Positions 59,711 through 64,000 of a stretch of 64,000 nucleotides of DNA are shown here, in pieces (position 1 is the first letter of the stretch; every line of letters starts with the position of its first letter). This DNA comes from Gammaproteobacteria bacterium (GTDB lineage: Bacteria; Pseudomonadota; Gammaproteobacteria; Arenicellales; Poriferihabitantaceae). The notes beneath the pieces are model-generated. The model was not told the origin of the DNA. It did not search any database and saw nothing but the letters and a program-made list of their open reading frames with translations. A program made the translations under genes and the position numbers. The DNA lies in contig JBLIOD010000004.1 of NCBI GenBank assembly GCA_047639475.1, positions 14,159 to 78,158 on the forward strand, in the 5' to 3' direction.

Positions 59711-60975
59711 TTAACTGCTCTTAGTCGGTGCGTAGGCGAGATAGTTGCGCTGCGTAGCGATTTGATCTGCTACGTGTTTGGCATCGTGCCAAACCCACCA
59801 GATAAATGATGAGCCTCGGCGTGATTGCCACGGCAAACCCAGAAAATAAATGCCGGGCTCTACCGAAACACCACGCTGGTGCTTGGGCTTACCGATTTCG
59901 TCAAAGGCATTAACCTCTAACCAACTAAAGTCTTGAGCAAATCCGGTGGCCCATATAATTGCGGTAACGCCGGCGCCGGGTAGATTTAGCTTATCCAGCG
60001 GGTTAATAATACAATCGGCATTCGGACCGAATTGACGAGCTTCAGGTTCTAGGGGTAGATCTAGGCCATTGCGCTCTATATAGGCATCAGCATCATCTAA
60101 CATCGAAAGGGAGTTAGCGTCTCCGTTGGCGATATTGGTCGTGAGGTCGGGTGCGAAGCTTAGGACACCATCCTCGTACTTCTGCGTCATACCAACAAGC
60201 ATCATGCCATTAGCAGTCAGCGTTCGAAAATCTATGGTGTGACCGCCTCGCGCGCCACTAACTGAAATCGTAACGTGTTCTTTACCCGGCTCTTGGGCTG
60301 CTATATCCCACAATCCCAGTACGCCTAGCCACCAAACATTATTGCGCCCGCGGTAGCGCCGTGGAAAGCGGTCATGAGGTCCAACGGATAGGTAAACCTG
60401 TTTACCCGAACGCATCAGTTCGTCAGCAATTTGAACGCCTGAAGAACCCGCGCCCACCACCATCACCGCACCTTCTGGTAATTGACTCGGATTACGGTAA
60501 TCAAAGAAGTGCATTTGCAATACATCTACTGTTCAGGTACCACTGGTGGAATAAAAGGGCACTGAAAAGCCCCCGTGGCAGGCACCACGTTATTGGCCTC
60601 GATGATACCTGTTGATGTTTCGAGATGAAAGCCGGGGCGACCGATATTGCGTTGAACCTTGGTGACTTCAACACCGCAACGAACAGGGGCATTGAACTGT
60701 TCAGCATAAGCCGCGAAATAATCGGCTACCTGTTCCTTGGGAATGAAGTCATCAGGGTGCGCATCGGGTATCGCCATACTAGGGAAGCAATCATGCCAAG
60801 CTGAGCCGTCTGTGAGCAAAGAGTCCCATTTACCAGTGCGCCATCGTTCCGCTACACGGTCTTTTTCCAAAACCAAGTGCGGTACGCCATTTTTGCTCAA
60901 GTGCTCACTTATCGCCACACCCGCTTGACCGGCACTGACTACCAGCGTGTCTATTTTCTTAATTGACAATTTCAA
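59711..60975 (-). pseudogene. Flavin-containing monooxygenase-like oxidoreductase, frameshifted
   Basis: Two adjacent ORFs in different frames, 60526..60975 and 59711..60520, together give one FMO/CzcO-like protein. The first dinucleotide motif is degenerate (VVSAGQAG instead of GxGxxG). The second is intact (VVGAGSSGVQIADEL). The junction reads VVPEQ* / VDVLQMHFFDYRNP. Confidence 0.7.
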
Positions 60976-60993
60976 ATCCTATGTTGTTTTCAA

Positions 60994-62502
60994 TAACCCA
61001 AATCCCCAAATAGAGATCGCTAATACCCTAAAAGCCTCTGAACTCAGATTTCAAGCCTGATTTTTATCAAGCACGGGCAAATATGACCGCATAGGTAAGT
61101 CGAAAACTGTCTCTTGACGCACTTTCAGTCCATAATGTGTAATTTTAGACACAACTATCCTAAGGACGCTCGTTCTCACAGCGAAGAATTACGTCAAATC
61201 GGAGGTGGCTGAAGTCCCTTCAATGCCCGTAGCACTTGCTCCAAGAGTGTTTTGTGTCTTTTCTGTGGCTTCACATATAATCCACGCCCCGTTCTGACCA
61301 CTTTGGCCGCCACGGCGTACAATCGCCAGCGTATCGTGATCGCACGGTGCTGCGCCAGGCTCTCTGGCAACAATTGACGCATGAGGGCGAACAAATTGTA
61401 GGACAGAGCACTGATTAGAAAATATAGCGCATTGGCTTCGACGTTCGAACATGGCAGCGTGTCACCACCAAAGTCCAGCTTCAATTCCTTGTTCCGATTC
61501 TCGCTGTTTTCACCGCGCTGATGGTAGCAATGAATAATTTGGCTATCACTCAGCATGTCTCGGTTGGTCGCAATCGCGCGATACACATAGCCATCTAGGT
61601 TTATTTCGTCTGAGCCGTCTTGTGACTCTAAATCCAAACTCGCTTGCCCTTTGATCAACTTTCGCTGAATGATGAGTGTAAAGGCCTTCTCATAATCACC
61701 GATACAAAAGCGGGTTCGGTAAGTTTCTTGGCCATTTGTCACGTGACTTTCCTTACCAAGCAAAGGCTACCAGTCTGAATCACCCGCCACGTCGATCTGC
61801 GTTCGCATTGCTTTATAAACGCCACATTATTCTATGCTGGTGGCACATTTCCTTTGCGAAAATCAACCGCTACGACTTGGCCGGTCTGCGCAATATGTCC
61901 GACCATTGGCATGAAGCCTTTGTTCTTGTTGTCAGTCCATTGCGCTTCGGCCTTGTACGCAACAATCTCAGTTGCGTCGATGTCCAGCGTTACCTTTTTA
62001 CAGGGGTGCAAGGCCGACTGTAACAGCGCTTGATTGACCTTTGCCCAAGCCGACTGTGCTTCTGGCTGACCACCCATTCGCCGTAGCCAATCGCCAAGCG
62101 TAGTCGCCTTCGGCAGTTGATTAATATCCAACACGGTACGCAGCGCCTCATCATCATGCATACGGCGAACATCGTCCAGATGAAAGCCGCTTTCATGCTG
62201 CATTAAAATAAGCGTATTGATGAACTCGGAAGTCTTATACCCACGATTAGTGTTGGGCCTGTTGGGCGATGGGAAGTGCTCATCAACACGCTCAGTAAGC
62301 TTCAGGTGCTTCATTAACTGAGCAATAGCCAATAATCCTGCGCGAGAGGTAAGTAAATCGTTCGTTGTGTCGAGTTTGTAAGGTAAAATGATCGTGAGGC
62401 TTGAGTTGTTGCACCCATTGGGTGATGGAGTGATTTGTCTCAAACCTTTATACAGCCAAGGCTTTTAGCTTTTTATCAATCTCTATCTGGGGATCAGGGT
62501 TA
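60994..62502 (-). mobile_element. IS1380-family insertion sequence, defective (transposase split and internally deleted)
   Basis: The imperfect terminal inverted repeats are taacccAAatccccaAatagagatCg (60994-) and the reverse complement of 62502- (taacccTGatccccaGatagagatTg). The transposase is in two frames. 61832..62443 carries TSRAGL...DIDATEIVAYK. 61194..61763 carries HQRGENSENRNKELKLDFG...LSYNLFALM...IRWRLYAVAAKVVRTGR, which resembles ISEcp1/IS1380 transposases. Only ~70 nt separate the halves, where ~100 codons including the second catalytic Asp are expected. Confidence 0.8.
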
Positions 62503-62645
62503 AACGGCTAGATTGTAATATTGAAAATTTTATGCTTTGGTTGGATTTCTTGAAAAGTGGCTCTCTTATTAGTAGACAAATCAAGTTATTTAGCGAGGGT
62601 AAATAGTTACCTAATGAAATGACTCATATTTAAACGCCTTCCCTC

Positions 62646-63404
62646 ATGAACTTAAAACTAAATCAATTAGAAAATTTGGAGCGCGACGGCTTTCTTGTGT
62701 TGCCAGATGTTTTTAGCGACGAGGAGGTTGACGCAATCAACGCCCGGATGCCGGCACTGTTCGAACAATCGCATGAGGCTAACATCGTCGAGCGAGACTC
62801 AAATACGGTGCGCACTGTAATGGGTTTGCATCTTCGAGACGAATTCTTTGCGCGATTGATTCGCGACCCAAGGTTGGCTTCACCCGCATTGCAGGTCCTA
62901 CAAGCACCAATTTATTTACAACAAATCAAGGTCAATGTGAAAGCCGCATTTACCGGTGAGGTGTGGCAATGGCATTATGATTTTGCGACTCATAAAGAAG
63001 AAGACGGTGTTGAATCGCCGTTGGCACTTAATTTACACATCTTTTTAGACGATGTTTCCGAGTTCAACGGACCACTGTATTTTATTCCTGGCTCGCACCG
63101 TTTTGGCGAGCACGGCGCTACTTTGGATGACCAAACCACCAGTTATCCGTTGTGGGTATGTGATCAGCAACATGTGTCCGCGTTAGTAGCGAAAAATGGC
63201 ATTGTTTCCGCCACGGGTAAAAAAGGCACGATGTTGATCTTCCACGATACGCTTGTACATGGCTCGCCGAATAATATGTCGCCTTGGGACAGGGCTATCT
63301 TTTCTATCGTGGTTAATCCGGTTTCTAATGCCTATACCAAACCGACACGCCCAGACTATAAACATCACCGTGACATAACCCCTATTGAGCCGCTATATAA
63401 ATGA
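62646..63404 (+). CDS. Phytanoyl-CoA dioxygenase (PhyH) family Fe(II)/2-oxoglutarate dioxygenase
   Basis: 252 aa. It has a WQWHYDF..H..EDG box (an HxD iron ligand pair, reminiscent of the ectoine-hydroxylase signature WHSDFETWH.EDG) and a distal His in LVHGSPNN. Confidence 0.78.
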   Translation: MNLKLNQLENLERDGFLVLPDVFSDEEVDAINARMPALFEQSHEANIVERDSNTVRTVMGLHLRDEFFARLIRDPRLASPALQVLQAPIYLQQIKVNVKAAFTGEVWQWHYDFATHKEEDGVESPLALNLHIFLDDVSEFNGPLYFIPGSHRFGEHGATLDDQTTSYPLWVCDQQHVSALVAKNGIVSATGKKGTMLIFHDTLVHGSPNNMSPWDRAIFSIVVNPVSNAYTKPTRPDYKHHRDITPIEPLYK

Positions 63405-64000
63405 ATTTAGGAAATTTAAAACAAGCAGAAAATCAATTTTTGCTGCGCTATGCAGGCGGGTTTGATAATCCAGAAATACTAGAGCTTCGTAAAAAGCACA
63501 GGATATTAAAATTGGTTGAAACAACGCAGGAGCTATTCGAGGAAAAGAATTTCTACAACGTCGATCAAATTGTTGCGGCTATGGTGAAGGTGGTGTCGCG
63601 TTCGTCGATGGTTTCATTATTTGAAAAACCCAAGTTTAGAGATTTTGTGAAAAGCCTTCATGACACCGAGAAAGAGGCCCTTGCTCAGGCGTTATATGAA
63701 CAACTATATGGTGATCAAGCTTATGGTTTTGAGCAAATGATAAATTTATTGCGAATTGAAAAGCTCGCAAAATGGACATTGGTGAGCGTTATTCCTTTCT
63801 ATTTTCGACCTGAGAAAGAAGTATTTGTTAAACCGACGACAACCAAAGGAATAATCCAGCAGCTGGAAATTGAACTGGTCTATAAACCCCAACCAAGCTG
63901 GGCCTTTTACAAAAAGTATCGACAAACTATAAATAAGGCCAAGCGGAATGTTGATCGTAGCCTCCGAAGTAATAATGCCGCATTTTGTGGGTTTTTGATG
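63401..64000 (+). CDS. Hypothetical protein, partial (runs off the window), translationally coupled to the PhyH gene
   Basis: ATG 63401 overlaps the PhyH stop (aaATGa). The frame is open for all 200 codons to the window end (MNLGNLKQAENQFLLRYAGGFDNPEILELRKKH...). It is absent from the ORF track because it has no stop. I recognise no motif. Confidence 0.5.
   Translation, partial: MNLGNLKQAENQFLLRYAGGFDNPEILELRKKHRILKLVETTQELFEEKNFYNVDQIVAAMVKVVSRSSMVSLFEKPKFRDFVKSLHDTEKEALAQALYEQLYGDQAYGFEQMINLLRIEKLAKWTLVSVIPFYFRPEKEVFVKPTTTKGIIQQLEIELVYKPQPSWAFYKKYRQTINKAKRNVDRSLRSNNAAFCGFLM

Noticed and set aside
55550-62502. Interpreting the IS1380-bracketed segment as an active composite transposon.
   Set aside because: The left copy is a ~0.4 kb stump without a transposase, and the right copy has a deleted catalytic core. 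The inner rather than outer ends are the matching ones. No target-site duplications flank the unit. It is better described as rearrangement debris.
1-64000. A search by eye for CRISPR arrays, tRNA/rRNA/tmRNA genes, and retron- or integron-like structures.
   Set aside because: I saw no regularly spaced direct repeats and no tRNA-like T-arm or acceptor patterns (GGTTCGAATCC-type). No reverse transcriptase, Cas, or integrase other than xerD appears in any frame. Intergenic spacers are mostly under 100 nt. Absence is judged by inspection only. A covariance-model scan (tRNAscan/Infernal) would be the decisive check.

Overview
This is a chromosomal segment of a gammaproteobacterium. Several gene orders match E. 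coli: purH-purD, accD-folC-dedD-cvpA-purF, lpxH/cysS, rpsP-rimM-trmD-rplS, hfq-hflX and dnaB-alr. I cannot assign a genus from the sequence alone.

Positions 1-55.4 kb are tightly packed housekeeping genes covering purine, folate and heme synthesis, LPS, ribosomal proteins, pnp, ilvIH, asd, mdh, dnaB and radA. I found no rRNA, tRNA or CRISPR array.

Positions 55.5-62.5 kb are a decayed accessory patch. It holds an internally deleted IS1380-family element and a roughly 0.4 kb inverted partial copy of it. It also holds a heavily frameshifted, 5-prime-truncated IS256-family transposase remnant, three gene fragments or pseudogenes (metallophosphoesterase, TPR, flavin monooxygenase) and one intact class-V aminotransferase. 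It is followed by a PhyH-type dioxygenase translationally coupled to an unknown ORF that runs off the window.

I did not find a clear-cut new defence, mobile or RNA system. The best candidates for a second look are:
- a gap-free minus-strand array that links thyA-folA to a DDAH-like amidinotransferase, an acyl-CoA ligase, a trimethylamine-dehydrogenase-family Fe-S flavoprotein and a GNAT
- the GT2 / nucleosidase-like / chalcone-isomerase-like trio between mdh and dnaB
- the PhyH plus unknown ORF pair at the window edge
- several sequence-level oddities: a LysE/ArgO exporter broken at a T7 run, hflX and xerD with conserved N-termini upstream of any canonical start codon, and an 18-nt rpsO-pnp spacer

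All functional calls rest on my recognition of conserved motifs in the translated ORFs. No database search was run.
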